A DNA stretch of 64,000 nt. Origin: a virus (taxonomy: Duplodnaviria; Heunggongvirae; Uroviricota; Caudoviricetes). Location of the stretch: the IMG/VR virus record IMGVR_UViG_2585427757_000006. One strand, given 5' to 3'. A program made the position numbers and the translations under genes. The notes under the pieces were generated by a model. That model was not told the origin of the DNA. It saw only the letters and a list, made by a program, of their open reading frames with translations, and made no database searches. Below, piece after piece: positions 30,384-43,958 of the stretch. Position 1 is the first letter of the stretch. Every line of letters begins with the position of its first letter.

Positions 30384-31478
30384 ATGTCCACAAAAAATAA
30401 AAAAGGTAAAAATAACAAAGAAGTAGAAGATAACATCGACAACTTTGAAGAAGGTTCCCTTGAATTGTACACAGGGGAACTTGTCCCTAATAGCAACAAT
30501 ACAGTCCAACCAATTGCGTTGATGCGACTGGGGTTGTTCGTCCCCACGCTTAAGGGAACAAAATACAGTAAACGTAACAAGCCAAATGAGATCGATGCTT
30601 CAAAGGAGCTTGTCCAGCTCGAAGTAGCCCGTTCTGAAGGCTATTCCGATATCAAGATAACCGGTCCTCGTCTCGACATGGATCATGATTTCAAAACGTG
30701 GGTGGGCGTTGTGCGTTCGCTGGCAGAATACGGCGAACCTAACGGTCGTGTCGAGTTAAGCATCACGAAATTTGCGAAGTTTTGTGGCTATCCATCGTCA
30801 CAGATCCGCAAAACACTCCGCGACCGGCTTACAAACAGTCTTTTGAAGATCATGCGTACAACTCTGTCTTTCCAGAGAACGTATGAAGAAAAGAACGTCG
30901 ACGGCTCTAACAAGATCTCGCTTCTGATGGTGCACCTCATCAATAGCGTGGACTACAACGAGCAGAAAGATACGGTGGTGTTCTATGCAGAACCGAAGCT
31001 GGCCGAACTATATCGCTTTGACCATAAGGTTCTTTTGCAGTTAAAGGTTATCAATAAGCTACCACGCAAAGAAACAGCACAGGCTCTGTACACCTTCATC
31101 GAAAGTCTTCCAACCAAGCCTGCGCCGGTATCGCTTGCTCGATTGCGTGCGCGACTCAATTTGAGTAGCAGGAATGTCAGCTCGCAGAATCAGACTATAC
31201 GTAACGGCTTAAAAGCTCTCCAAGATTTGGGCTATCTCGAATACAGCGAGATTAAGCGTGGGCGGTCGATCTATATCCAGATTCACAGCCGCAATCCAAA
31301 ACTCAAAGTCGCACCGCCAAAACCTGAAGACATCGAACCCAAAAAACCAGATGAGAAAGCCGGGGAAATTGATGCCAAACAGAACATTATCAATAAGATA
31401 ACCGAACTTTCGCAGAATTTGACGCCTGAAAATATCAAGATGATTGAGATCCTTTCCAATAGTCTCAAACTGCTTTGA
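30384..31478 (+). CDS. repA: Iteron-binding replication initiator (364 aa)
   Basis: Bracketed by same-orientation iterons TATGCTGTCAGCGGT. ATG at 30384 chosen because the track's upstream extension is made of iteron DNA. Confidence 0.8.
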   Translation: MSTKNKKGKNNKEVEDNIDNFEEGSLELYTGELVPNSNNTVQPIALMRLGLFVPTLKGTKYSKRNKPNEIDASKELVQLEVARSEGYSDIKITGPRLDMDHDFKTWVGVVRSLAEYGEPNGRVELSITKFAKFCGYPSSQIRKTLRDRLTNSLLKIMRTTLSFQRTYEEKNVDGSNKISLLMVHLINSVDYNEQKDTVVFYAEPKLAELYRFDHKVLLQLKVINKLPRKETAQALYTFIESLPTKPAPVSLARLRARLNLSSRNVSSQNQTIRNGLKALQDLGYLEYSEIKRGRSIYIQIHSRNPKLKVAPPKPEDIEPKKPDEKAGEIDAKQNIINKITELSQNLTPENIKMIEILSNSLKLL

Positions 31479-32010
31479 TATGCTGTCAGCGGTGAAATGT
31501 ATGCTATCAGCGGCTATTTTTCTGAAAAGTATGCTGTGAACGGTTAAAGATATGCTACCAGCGGTATAGTGAGATGAACGTATGCTGTGAGCGGTAAATC
31601 ATCTATCACCACTCAATGCTCTGCCATACCTCCCCAGTGGTTACTAACCTCGAAGAGTGCATTCCATATAGGTTTGCGCTCACTAACATTCTATTGCTAT
31701 TGCGCTGATTGCTTGTAGTGAAAGGCATTTATTGCCTGCTACTCCCTGATAGAATGTATGCTGTCAGCGGTGTTTTATTGAGGAATTTTTGTTTGGATAT
31801 GCTATCAGCGGTAATTAATGGTATATGTCAGACCTTCGTATGCTGCCAGCGGTAATTTTGTTCTGGTTATACCCATACCGGGACACATTATTCATGCAAT
31901 GTCTTAAGTATGCTGTCAGCGGTAAAAAATCGAGTAAAGTATGCTGTGAGCGGTGAGATAGACTCTCGATATGCTATCAGCGGTAGTTGATTGTGTATGC
32001 TGTCAGCGGT
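31479..32010 (+). repeat. Twelve downstream iterons in two blocks (incA-like)
   Basis: Cores start at 31479, 31500, 31530, 31551 and 31581, then after a 161-bp gap at 31757, 31798, 31839, 31909, 31940, 31970 and 31996. All are on the plus strand. Confidence 0.88.
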
Positions 32011-32026
32011 GACGACTATGAAATAT

Positions 32027-32048
32027 GACTGCGGAACGTGCCGCAGTC
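32027..32048. terminator. Hairpin between the iteron block and convergent gene 32058..32270
   Basis: gactgcgg aacgtg ccgcagtc. Confidence 0.45.
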
Positions 32049-32057
32049 AGTTTGCAT

Positions 32058-32270
32058 TTAGTGTATTTTCTTTAACAGACCCCAAAGTGTTCCGGCTTTT
32101 GTAGTCAGTTTTCCTGTTTCTGGATCGTACATACGCCATTCACGCCGCTGGTGGACGATATACCCATCTTCACGTTCCAGACGCTCAAGAATGCCAGGCT
32201 GCTTGAAACCCTTAGCACGCCAGTAGCCGCTTGTTTTCTCGATTTCCAGACCTGCCAGTGTTAATGCCAT
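32058..32270 (-). CDS. Hypothetical protein (70 aa)
   Basis: Its start codon shares one nt with the upstream gene's stop (32270). Confidence 0.5.
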   Translation of the reverse strand: MALTLAGLEIEKTSGYWRAKGFKQPGILERLEREDGYIVHQRREWRMYDPETGKLTTKAGTLWGLLKKIH

Positions 32271-32605
32271 TACCCAACCTCCTTGCAGTCATCGAAAAGG
32301 TAGCTGTCGTTCTTCGCGTGAACGCCGTATACATCACCCGATTTGTTGTAAACGAACCTATCTTTACCTACGCCAGATAGTTCGCCGTTACGTTTAGTGA
32401 GAAACGGGGAAGACAGGACGCGATCATCGCGTACCACATAAAACTGTTCGCCACGGTCCACAACCATCGCGCCGTAATTAGCTTTAACGGCGTTGCGGAT
32501 CAGGCCGTTTTTCGCTTCGACCACAAACATTTCGCACTCATAGACATGTGTGTCCGCAAAGACGGGGAGAGTGAGCAGCGCCAGTACCAGGGCTGTTTTC
32601 TTCAT
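32270..32605 (-). CDS. Hypothetical secreted protein (111 aa)
   Basis: Signal-like MKKTALVLALLTLPVFA. Confidence 0.6.
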   Translation of the reverse strand: MKKTALVLALLTLPVFADTHVYECEMFVVEAKNGLIRNAVKANYGAMVVDRGEQFYVVRDDRVLSSPFLTKRNGELSGVGKDRFVYNKSGDVYGVHAKNDSYLFDDCKEVG

Positions 32606-32781
32606 GCCACGACTCCTTTGAAAACGCCTAATGCTGAGTCGAAGACCAGTACTACGGCCAGCGCATTGATCATCACATCATTAACAGGCGCCAGCGCTTT
32701 ACGGATTGCCCCTGTGAAGATGCAGTCGAGCACAAAGGCTATCGAGATAATAAGTAACGTGATATCTAATAAAATTTTCAC
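32602..32781 (-). CDS. Small membrane protein (59 aa, GTG start), not in the ORF track
   Basis: Hand translation gives VKILLDITLLIISIAFVLDCIFTGAIRKALAPVNDVMINALAVVLVFDSALGVFKGVVA. Its stop overlaps the next ATG as ATGA. Confidence 0.35.
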   Translation of the reverse strand: MKILLDITLLIISIAFVLDCIFTGAIRKALAPVNDVMINALAVVLVFDSALGVFKGVVA

Positions 32782-32820
32782 GATAGGTAAATGCTAACTT
32801 ATATATTTTTGCTGTAAATA

Positions 32821-33096
32821 TCACTCAAAAGTGCTGATACCCAAAATGCGCTCAAGATGGGCCGCGTCTTCATCGCTTACCAGCATTGTGTCGTCTACGT
32901 ACCAGCAGCTACCGTTGTGCCAACAAACACCGTCATCATCGATATAAATAGAATCCGCATCCATTCCTGTGTATTCAACTAGATTGCGTTCAATTGCCGC
33001 TTGAATTTCTTCATCGTTCAGCCCGTCGCACTTGATCATGAACAACGGGTAAACGTCATAGTCGGTACTAGATGAAATGCGAACCAAAGTCTTCAT
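32821..33096 (-). CDS. Hypothetical protein (91 aa from MKTLVRISS)
   Basis: Conserved leader (plus catgtgttttctcc at 33094). The track's upstream extension covers a family B palindrome. Confidence 0.55.
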   Translation of the reverse strand: MKTLVRISSSTDYDVYPLFMIKCDGLNDEEIQAAIERNLVEYTGMDADSIYIDDDGVCWHNGSCWYVDDTMLVSDEDAAHLERILGISTFE

Positions 33097-33268
33097 GTGT
33101 TTTCTCCTTGTTGGTAAGTACTTATCTATCTTAATGGACGCTATAAGGCGCACAATCATTGTGTTCAGGCTGGTGGAAAGAACTTCTCCAGCGTGTGGTT
33201 GATAGCCTTATCAATGTGCATCAGGTGCCAGACGACCATATCTTTGCTTCCAATGCCGCGAGTGTAGA

Positions 33269-36994
<3,726 letters not shown>

Positions 36995-37008
36995 AATTGT
37001 AAATTCCC

Positions 37009-38172
37009 TTAATCAAAATTCTTCTGTTTCATTGCCTCAGCCGCTTTTTGCAGCGGTCCTTTCAAGGCTTTTTCTAACTTTGTCATCTGCTCTAAGTGCC
37101 ACGCAACCGCTTGGGGCCACGTCTCTTTATTAAACCCATCAGCTTTGGTCGAAAACTGAATACGGCAAGATTTCTTCTCATCCAGCCTCATCCACTCAAG
37201 TTCTGCACCAAAAGCATGTTCAATGTCCTGTTTGGACTGACTCAACAAGTCAAAAAGGTATTTATTCTCTTCGGTAACCCCACGGCTGATCCAAAGCTCT
37301 ACTCGAAGCTCTTTTTGCAGAAATATCAGGTTATACGGACACCCACTTAACCCTGAGCCTGCTGATAACCAGTGATCTTTGCTTGGGCTAATGTTGTTAT
37401 AGAGTTGGCAAACGCTTTTCTGAAACGCCTCTAAGGCACGCTCCCAGTACTCGCGACGCACCGTATGGCGGTTTTTAAGGACCACTTCGGTGGTTTTTTC
37501 TTCCGCTTCCTTGGCATTAATGCCGATCATCAACTCTTTCGCTTCTGGCGTTGGAATGATCTGGTCAATATTAATCAGTAGCTGTTCACCCAGTGAATAA
37601 GGCGTGATTTTGAAGCAGGCAATGCTAATGCCTTGACCCAATAACCACAGCGCGGTGCTGGTCACTTCTTTGCGAAAGTTTGCCGCAACTAGCATAATAC
37701 GCTGGCTGTTACCCAGGTTGAGCTTTAACTCATCCAGATCGGGCGCATCCAAAAATTCACATATTCTCGCCGAAGCACTTGCAGGGGCATTTAACAGGTC
37801 AACCTCTGCTGTTACAGGCTCATAGCGATCTAAGTACTGCTGGTAAATGTCAACTATTTGTGCTTTGGTTAAACTGGCACAGTAAGAGGCATATTTAAGG
37901 GCCTGCCACACCACATCTCGGCCACTGTCGTCCAGCTTATTTTCAATAATGACCAAGTTGCCATCTTTATCCAGTGCCAGTAAATCTAATCGTTCACGGG
38001 TGTCATCAAAGCCATCGAACTCTTTTTGAATAATCAACAACTCTTCACCCAATGCGGAAGGTTCGTGTGCCAACCACTCCTGAAGATGCTTGCGCTCAGT
38101 AAAGCCCAACTCACTGAACTTCTTTGTCCTAACAGGACTAATCCTGTTAGTTTGATGATTTACCGTGAACAT
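37009..38172 (-). CDS. PD-(D/E)xK-type nuclease-fold protein embedded in the R-M operon (387 aa)
   Basis: RLDLLALDKDGNLVIIENKLD fits a D...ExK motif. The C-terminal half resembles the DUF4268-type domain I recall from type I R-M loci (unverified). Confidence 0.55.
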   Translation of the reverse strand: MFTVNHQTNRISPVRTKKFSELGFTERKHLQEWLAHEPSALGEELLIIQKEFDGFDDTRERLDLLALDKDGNLVIIENKLDDSGRDVVWQALKYASYCASLTKAQIVDIYQQYLDRYEPVTAEVDLLNAPASASARICEFLDAPDLDELKLNLGNSQRIMLVAANFRKEVTSTALWLLGQGISIACFKITPYSLGEQLLINIDQIIPTPEAKELMIGINAKEAEEKTTEVVLKNRHTVRREYWERALEAFQKSVCQLYNNISPSKDHWLSAGSGLSGCPYNLIFLQKELRVELWISRGVTEENKYLFDLLSQSKQDIEHAFGAELEWMRLDEKKSCRIQFSTKADGFNKETWPQAVAWHLEQMTKLEKALKGPLQKAAEAMKQKNFD

Positions 38173-38181
38173 ATTCGCGTC

Positions 38182-39462
38182 CTATTGCTCAACCATTTCT
38201 GGGGTGATTTTTATTTTTCCTGTCACGGCGCTGTTGATCAGGGTGGTTTTGTATTCTTTAAGCTTTTCAATCTGCGACTTTTGGATATCAATCGTGCGAT
38301 TCAGATCTGGCTCAATTCCTTCAATGAACGAAATTATTTCTTGAATTTCATCTTTTGGTGGCACTGGAACCAATACACTTGCAAGACGATCCCTTGTTAA
38401 TTTTGGCTGTGCCGCACCAGAAATATATACCGTATAGTCCAATCCGCTTAATAATTCGGCCCAGTATTTAAAACCATGAAATTTTGGCTTAATAATATGT
38501 GCATGGTTATTCACCCAATACTTTCCAGTTGCAACAAAAGCCAATGGTGTTGACTTGCTTAGCAAATTCGCGCCATCTTCAGCGATCAAGATTAAATCTT
38601 CATCAAAGATGTAGTCATCAACATAATCGATAACACCACTTGCTCCGTAATACGGATATACGCCCTGTCTCGACTCTCTCTCAACTGCGCTTATTGGAAC
38701 TCTTCTACTGTTAAGAAACTCAAACGCATATCTCAATGACATTAAGTTCCAATGCGCTGGAATCTTACCAATCCAATCCACACCGGAGTCTTTCATTGGC
38801 ACATTGGGATCAAGCCCTTGGGTCACCGCCTGTTGGATGATGATCTGCTTACGCTCTTTCAGCAGGCTAATTTGCTGCTCTTTGATCGAAATCGCTTCGT
38901 CGATTAGAGCGGTTTTCTTGTCGAGAAAATTTGCAATTAGGGACTGCTCTTCTTCTGAAGGCAGAACAAAAGGAATCACCTTCATCCGTGCTTTTGAAAG
39001 GTCCCACTGACCAATCCTTACACCATCTGATGCACTACCAAAAAACGATACATATAACTTACTGCGTATCGCCCAATTGAAAAACTCAGGATTTATTGCC
39101 TTTGTAAAATCAAAAATAAAATACGCAGGACTTACAATTCCAGTGAACTTTGATACACCGTAAGAACCCTGCCACGCTTTCATTTTATTCATTCCAAATT
39201 GACCTTTCTCAAGCTTTTTATAGCCGCTAAGATCATCTGGTATAAAATTGTGATTTGACTCTTGATTATCCACGTCTCTCTCGATAACACCTTGTTCGCG
39301 TGTTATCGAAAGTAGTGGCAATTCAGGGCAGTTTTTGACCGACACCGGAGATAGGCACGAGCCTAACTTAACCAAGTCCCAATGCTCTGGAATCTCGCCA
39401 ATCCACTCATAACCAGAGTCACTATATTGATCATACTTTAGCGTTGAGGTAATGCTTTCCAT
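38182..39462 (-). CDS. hsdS: Type I restriction enzyme S subunit (426 aa)
   Basis: Two-fold internal repeat (WEWIGEIPEHWDLVKLG / VDWIGKIPAHWNLMSLR) with conserved central and C-terminal coiled regions. Confidence 0.85.
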   Translation of the reverse strand: MESITSTLKYDQYSDSGYEWIGEIPEHWDLVKLGSCLSPVSVKNCPELPLLSITREQGVIERDVDNQESNHNFIPDDLSGYKKLEKGQFGMNKMKAWQGSYGVSKFTGIVSPAYFIFDFTKAINPEFFNWAIRSKLYVSFFGSASDGVRIGQWDLSKARMKVIPFVLPSEEEQSLIANFLDKKTALIDEAISIKEQQISLLKERKQIIIQQAVTQGLDPNVPMKDSGVDWIGKIPAHWNLMSLRYAFEFLNSRRVPISAVERESRQGVYPYYGASGVIDYVDDYIFDEDLILIAEDGANLLSKSTPLAFVATGKYWVNNHAHIIKPKFHGFKYWAELLSGLDYTVYISGAAQPKLTRDRLASVLVPVPPKDEIQEIISFIEGIEPDLNRTIDIQKSQIEKLKEYKTTLINSAVTGKIKITPEMVEQ

Positions 39463-41891
39463 TAGGCTTCTCCCTGAACTTCCGCCACTTTCACGCCTAA
39501 TATTTGTGCAATCAAACCATCAGCCTTCTGCTCTAGATTGATAATGTCAGTTGCTACTTCTTCAAGACTACGTAATGGCTTATGCAGATAGAAATACTTA
39601 TTGAAGCTGATTTCATAGCCAATTTTTACCGTATCTAGGTTTATCCATGCTTCATCGACATGAGGCTTCACTTCATCTAGGAAGTACTGGTAAATGCTTT
39701 GCTTTAATGGAACAGATTCTGTATCTCGCAGGTCTGAATTGGTCTCGTAAGTGATATACTCGCCTTTTTTACCGCCTTCTGCTGAAGGAACGGGGTAATA
39801 ACCAAAATCTGGCAAGTCAGCGACTTCACACTCATAGCGCTCCAGCAGGTCGTTTAATTTATCACCCGTTAATTTAACTACCTTTTTAACCACTTTCTTG
39901 GCGGTTTCGTCATACCAGCTCACCGCGTGAAGAATGGCATTTTTCTCAGGTGCTGAAAGCTTAATAGCATGGGCTTTTAGCGATTTATCAACTTGGGTTT
40001 TAAAGCTATTGAAGTCATCAAATTCAATGCTACCGATGTCAGCCATCAGCGTTTGTGCAGTTTCAAGCAATGCTTTTAGCGCCAGCCAGTGTTTCACATC
40101 AAGCAGTTTGGCCTTAGCCTTAGCATTGAGACTGATGTCGTTATCTTCACACCAAGAAAGAATGTCTTTCTCGATGGATTTTAAGAAGCTCTTTTTCTGA
40201 TCTGACCCGTAGCCAGTTTTTTCGTAAACACGTTCGCCGTGCTCTGCGTACACGTACTCCATCACTTCACTAAGTTGCTTATCAAAACGCAGTGGGGCTA
40301 TGGCATCTTGAGTAAACTTGGCTTTGCGGCGATCTGGGCGCTCGATAGTGACTTTGTAGTAGCCAAAATCGTCATTGCTGAATACCTTACTGGCGATGCC
40401 AACAGGATCATTGTTTGCATCCAGTGCTCTTTCAACATCCTTACACGCGAGGTAAGTATCGGTAATTTCCGTGATGTGCTCAGGCGCAAATTCGCAGTTT
40501 TTGTTACCTAAGTTCTTGCGCAACTTACGGTAGAGCAAGCTGGCATCAATTAATTGCACCTTACCTTTACGCGCCTCAGGTTTATTGTTGCTCAACACCC
40601 AAATGTAAGTGGTAATGCCAGTGTTATAGAACAGGTTATTAGGTAACTGAACGATGGCATCTAGCATGTCGTTTTCAATGATGAAGCGACGAATATTACT
40701 TTCACCACCGCCCGCATCTCCGGTAAAGAGCGATGAGCCGTTATGAACAGAGGCAATCCGGCTGCCTAATGGACTTACGCTCGGATCTTTCATCTTGTTG
40801 ACCATCTCCATTAAGAAAAGCAGCTGGCCATCACTCGAACGTGGCGTGGCATCCACCACTTCGAGATTTCCCCAATAGTCTTTCAGGCTAACCTTAAAAC
40901 GCGGGTCAATCACATCACTGCCGTCTTTAATGTACTTCTGTTCAGACGCCCAACTCTTACCGTATGGCGGGGTAGACAACATAAAGTCAAAGCGTGAAGC
41001 CGCAAACTCGTCGGTAGACAAGGTTGAGCCTACCTTGATGTTCTCAGGGTTGTTACCTTTGATCATCATGTCCGATTTACAAATCGCGTAGGTCTCGTCA
41101 TTGATCTCTTTGCCGTAAAGGTAAATATCTCGGCTGTCGTTCGGGTATTTCTCTTCAATGAAGTTTTGAGATTCAGTGAGCATACCACCGCTACCACACG
41201 CAGGGTCGTAAACGGTCATGGTCAATGGTAGCTGCTCTTTCACTGGGTCAAAAACCAAGTGTGTCATCAGCTCAATCACTTCCCTAGGTGTAAAGTGCTC
41301 ACCGGCTTCTTCGTTATTCTCCTCGTTGAACTTACGGATCAACTCTTCGAACACGTACCCCATACCCAGGTTAGTAAGGGCTGGCATCTTGTTGCCATCT
41401 GGGTCTTCGATCGTTTCATGAGTTAAGTTGATGTAAGGGGAAACAAACTTTTCGACGACATCAAGAAGGACTTGCTTTGAGGCCATGTGACGAATTTGCG
41501 ACTTGAGGTTAAAGCATTCAATGATTTCTTTAACATTATCGCTAAAGCTAAGCAGGTACTCTTCAAAGTTGGCGAGTAATATCTGTTGGTTATTCGTTGC
41601 GGTGTTGAACAGGGATTTCAGGGTCCATTTAGATGTATTGTAAAAAACATAACCACTAGCCGCCTTCAATGGTTCATCATCAAGCTCCGTGGCTTGCATC
41701 TCTTCTTTTTGGAACTTGACCTCTTCAAGCACGGCTTCTTTGGTGGGTTCAAGTAACGTATCTAAACGTCGTAATACCACCATAGGTAAAATCACATCGC
41801 GGTACTTACCGCGAACGTACACATCACGTAAACAGTCGTCGGCAATGTTCCATATAAATGAGATGAGCTTGTTATGTACACTATGATCCAT
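39462..41891 (-). CDS. hsdM: Type I restriction enzyme M subunit (809 aa from MDHSVHNKL)
   Basis: DPACGSGGML (motif I), a motif IV variant STPPYG (canonical NPPF/NPPY), and a long C-terminal extension. ATG at 41891 has SD aggaaa; the track start at 41927 is TTG. Confidence 0.9.
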   Translation of the reverse strand: MDHSVHNKLISFIWNIADDCLRDVYVRGKYRDVILPMVVLRRLDTLLEPTKEAVLEEVKFQKEEMQATELDDEPLKAASGYVFYNTSKWTLKSLFNTATNNQQILLANFEEYLLSFSDNVKEIIECFNLKSQIRHMASKQVLLDVVEKFVSPYINLTHETIEDPDGNKMPALTNLGMGYVFEELIRKFNEENNEEAGEHFTPREVIELMTHLVFDPVKEQLPLTMTVYDPACGSGGMLTESQNFIEEKYPNDSRDIYLYGKEINDETYAICKSDMMIKGNNPENIKVGSTLSTDEFAASRFDFMLSTPPYGKSWASEQKYIKDGSDVIDPRFKVSLKDYWGNLEVVDATPRSSDGQLLFLMEMVNKMKDPSVSPLGSRIASVHNGSSLFTGDAGGGESNIRRFIIENDMLDAIVQLPNNLFYNTGITTYIWVLSNNKPEARKGKVQLIDASLLYRKLRKNLGNKNCEFAPEHITEITDTYLACKDVERALDANNDPVGIASKVFSNDDFGYYKVTIERPDRRKAKFTQDAIAPLRFDKQLSEVMEYVYAEHGERVYEKTGYGSDQKKSFLKSIEKDILSWCEDNDISLNAKAKAKLLDVKHWLALKALLETAQTLMADIGSIEFDDFNSFKTQVDKSLKAHAIKLSAPEKNAILHAVSWYDETAKKVVKKVVKLTGDKLNDLLERYECEVADLPDFGYYPVPSAEGGKKGEYITYETNSDLRDTESVPLKQSIYQYFLDEVKPHVDEAWINLDTVKIGYEISFNKYFYLHKPLRSLEEVATDIINLEQKADGLIAQILGVKVAEVQGEA

Positions 41892-42052
41892 TTTCTTTTC
41901 CTGTTCAGTGTTGGTTGCACCCCACAAAGTTGCTGCAACGGCTTCACTATAAATTTAAAATTCTGTTCTTTCTGTAACGCCTAAATGGCCTCTACATCGT
42001 TCGATTAACTTGTTCTACCCGGCGCTAGATTTAAGTTTATGACACCATAAAG

Positions 42053-42095
42053 TGAATCGCCACAGGTTTAATAGACTGAATCGCCACAGGTTTAA
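42053..42095 (+). repeat. Perfect 19-bp direct repeat, two copies, 24-bp period
   Basis: tgaatcgccacaggtttaa at 42053-42071 and 42077-42095. Confidence 0.9.
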
Positions 42096-42123
42096 CAGAC
42101 ACCTCAGAGTCATTTAAGATGAC

Positions 42124-42315
42124 TTAAAGAGAGGTGTACAGCTCGGTATTCAGACCAGTCCACTGACGGCCAACGCCGACAACTTCACCGATACCTTTGT
42201 CTTCACCCAATTTGTTTACTTTGATGCCAACGTACCCAGGCTCAACACGATCGCAGCCTGTAAGACCCATTGTGCAAACAGCAGCCACGATCACTGCCAG
42301 TAAACCTTTCTTCAT
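42124..42315 (-). CDS. Small lipoprotein (63 aa)
   Basis: Lipobox MKKGLLAVIVAAVCTMGLTGC. Confidence 0.6.
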   Translation of the reverse strand: MKKGLLAVIVAAVCTMGLTGCDRVEPGYVGIKVNKLGEDKGIGEVVGVGRQWTGLNTELYTSL

Positions 42316-42318
42316 TAC

Positions 42319-42519
42319 TTACTTCCCCTTCGAATTAATTAGTGACTTCAGAAAGTTACGACCAACATTAAAGCCGATAACAGGAGCGCCAAAAGCAACA
42401 ATGATTCCAAGCATTACGGCAATATCGCTTTTAGCCGAGATCAGCGACGGAACCAGCAAACAGTAGATGAAAACTACAGATATACCTGTAGCCACTGCCA
42501 TCAGATAGAGTTTGATCAT
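42319..42519 (-). CDS. Small membrane protein (66 aa)
   Basis: Two hydrophobic helices. Conserved leader (plus catgtgttttcc at 42517). Confidence 0.55.
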   Translation of the reverse strand: MIKLYLMAVATGISVVFIYCLLVPSLISAKSDIAVMLGIIVAFGAPVIGFNVGRNFLKSLINSKGK

Positions 42520-42609
42520 GTGTTTTCCTATGTGGCTATTGTGTGTAGATGGTGAGTAAGTGTTTATATATTTTCAAGGTATAAAGGCGTCCATTCGGAC
42601 GCCTGAAAA

Positions 42610-43683
42610 TTAATCTTCTAATTCATCTGTCGGTGATGTCTTCTCGCGCCTGTCATCTATTGCCTGTAACGCAGCAATGATTTCAGCTAATGGCTTCTCC
42701 CGGTACATCTCGACGATCTGTGATTTGGTGTATTTCTTCTCGCCAATTTCCACACGCCCGCTGGCGCTCTTGGGCAGGTATCCTTCCTCCAGCATGTATT
42801 CAACCAGAGACTCGACGACGTCCAGCCCGCGAGTCGGGTCGAAGTAGAATTTCCATGAGCATTTGCCAAACGGAGGCGCGACTTTGTTTTTAATGCACTC
42901 GGCGCCAACGTCCTGTCCGATCTTCTCTTTGCCATCCTTCATGACGGATGCACCCAGACGGATGCGCACCGACGCGTAGAACTTCGGAGAGTCGCCACCC
43001 GGAGACGTAGTCGGATCGCCAAACATCACACCAATTTTGGTACGCACCTGGTTCAAGAAGATGATGCACGCGTTGTACTTACGCGCCCAAAGCGCCAGAG
43101 TAGGGAAGTTCGCACTTGTCGCGCGCGCCAGCGCCGTGTTGTCGTTCATGTTCAGCTGATCTTTGTCTTTCGCAGTGCCTTCTGCCATCTTGTCGAACTT
43201 CTCAGCCTTCGAGTTCGGAACCATCGACGCCAGAGAGTCGGCTACGATGCAGATAGGGGCTGTTTCCGGAATAAGCTCTTCGTCGCGCACCAGCTTGAGG
43301 ATTGTGCCGATCAGCTCTACGGAGTCTTCGAAGGTATCCGGCTGTTTGTAGACCCACTGACCGTCATCCTCATCTGCGTTCAGGCCATTGGCTACAGCCA
43401 GGCCAACGTCAAAACTGTTTTCATGATCGAGGAATACCGCCAGACCATCTTGTTTTTGAGCGGAGATCATCGCTGCTGTTGCAAGGAACGTTTTCCCTGC
43501 ACTTGGAGGACCGAATACTTCGACGATACGACCACATGGGAAGCCGCCATCGTAACGACCAGAAATAGCTTTGTTTAACGGTGGAAAGCCTGTATCAATC
43601 CAATGAGTTACTTTCTGAATTTCGTCGTTGCTACCGATTTTCTTTTTCAGAGCAAGTGCCAGTGCGGATTTTCCTTTTGCCAT
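42610..43683 (-). CDS. RecA-family recombinase (357 aa)
   Basis: Walker A GPPSAGKTFLA, Walker B CIVADSLASM and the RecA-core layout. Confidence 0.8.
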   Translation of the reverse strand: MAKGKSALALALKKKIGSNDEIQKVTHWIDTGFPPLNKAISGRYDGGFPCGRIVEVFGPPSAGKTFLATAAMISAQKQDGLAVFLDHENSFDVGLAVANGLNADEDDGQWVYKQPDTFEDSVELIGTILKLVRDEELIPETAPICIVADSLASMVPNSKAEKFDKMAEGTAKDKDQLNMNDNTALARATSANFPTLALWARKYNACIIFLNQVRTKIGVMFGDPTTSPGGDSPKFYASVRIRLGASVMKDGKEKIGQDVGAECIKNKVAPPFGKCSWKFYFDPTRGLDVVESLVEYMLEEGYLPKSASGRVEIGEKKYTKSQIVEMYREKPLAEIIAALQAIDDRREKTSPTDELED

Positions 43684-43685
43684 GA

Positions 43686-43958
43686 TCAGGCTCCTTTTGT
43701 TTCGTTGATTCGTTTTAAAGCGGCGGATTCGTCGAATACAATCGCATCGTGGTTAAGGAGTCTGGATACACGAGCGAGGATTTTTACGACCTGCTCGCTG
43801 ACTAATCCAAACTCGCGATCTGTCGCTTTCATTCCGGCAGCGCCTAGAATTGACGGCAGTGCGATGACAGCGTACTCACCGTGATAAAAGACAATCTCTT
43901 TTGCCAGTTGGGCAGGGGTGGTTGTAGCGCCATTGATAATCGATTTAAGCATTAGCAA
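43686..43958 (-). CDS. Hypothetical protein (90 aa)
   Basis: ORF packed between the FEN and RecA-like genes with a 7-nt overlap upstream. Confidence 0.5.
   Translation of the reverse strand: MLMLKSIINGATTTPAQLAKEIVFYHGEYAVIALPSILGAAGMKATDREFGLVSEQVVKILARVSRLLNHDAIVFDESAALKRINETKGA

Noticed and set aside
30263-32010. Iteron arrays as a possible CRISPR array
   Set aside because: The repeat is only ~15 nt and the spacing is irregular (6-70 nt, plus a 161-nt gap). The repeats bracket a rep gene with DnaA boxes and a GATC cluster, and no cas genes are present. This is classical plasmid iteron organisation.
33159-33268. Open frame ...YTRGIGSKDMVVWHLMHIDKAINHTLEKFFPPA* on the minus strand, next to the IS911-like end
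   Set aside because: It may be the 3' remnant of a gene disrupted by the IS. At only ~35 codons, with no start and no recognisable family, it is too weak to annotate.
41892-41927. TTG-initiated 12-codon extension of hsdM
   Set aside because: The ATG at 41891 has a good SD (aggaaa) and begins the conserved HsdM N-terminal domain sequence. The TTG has none.
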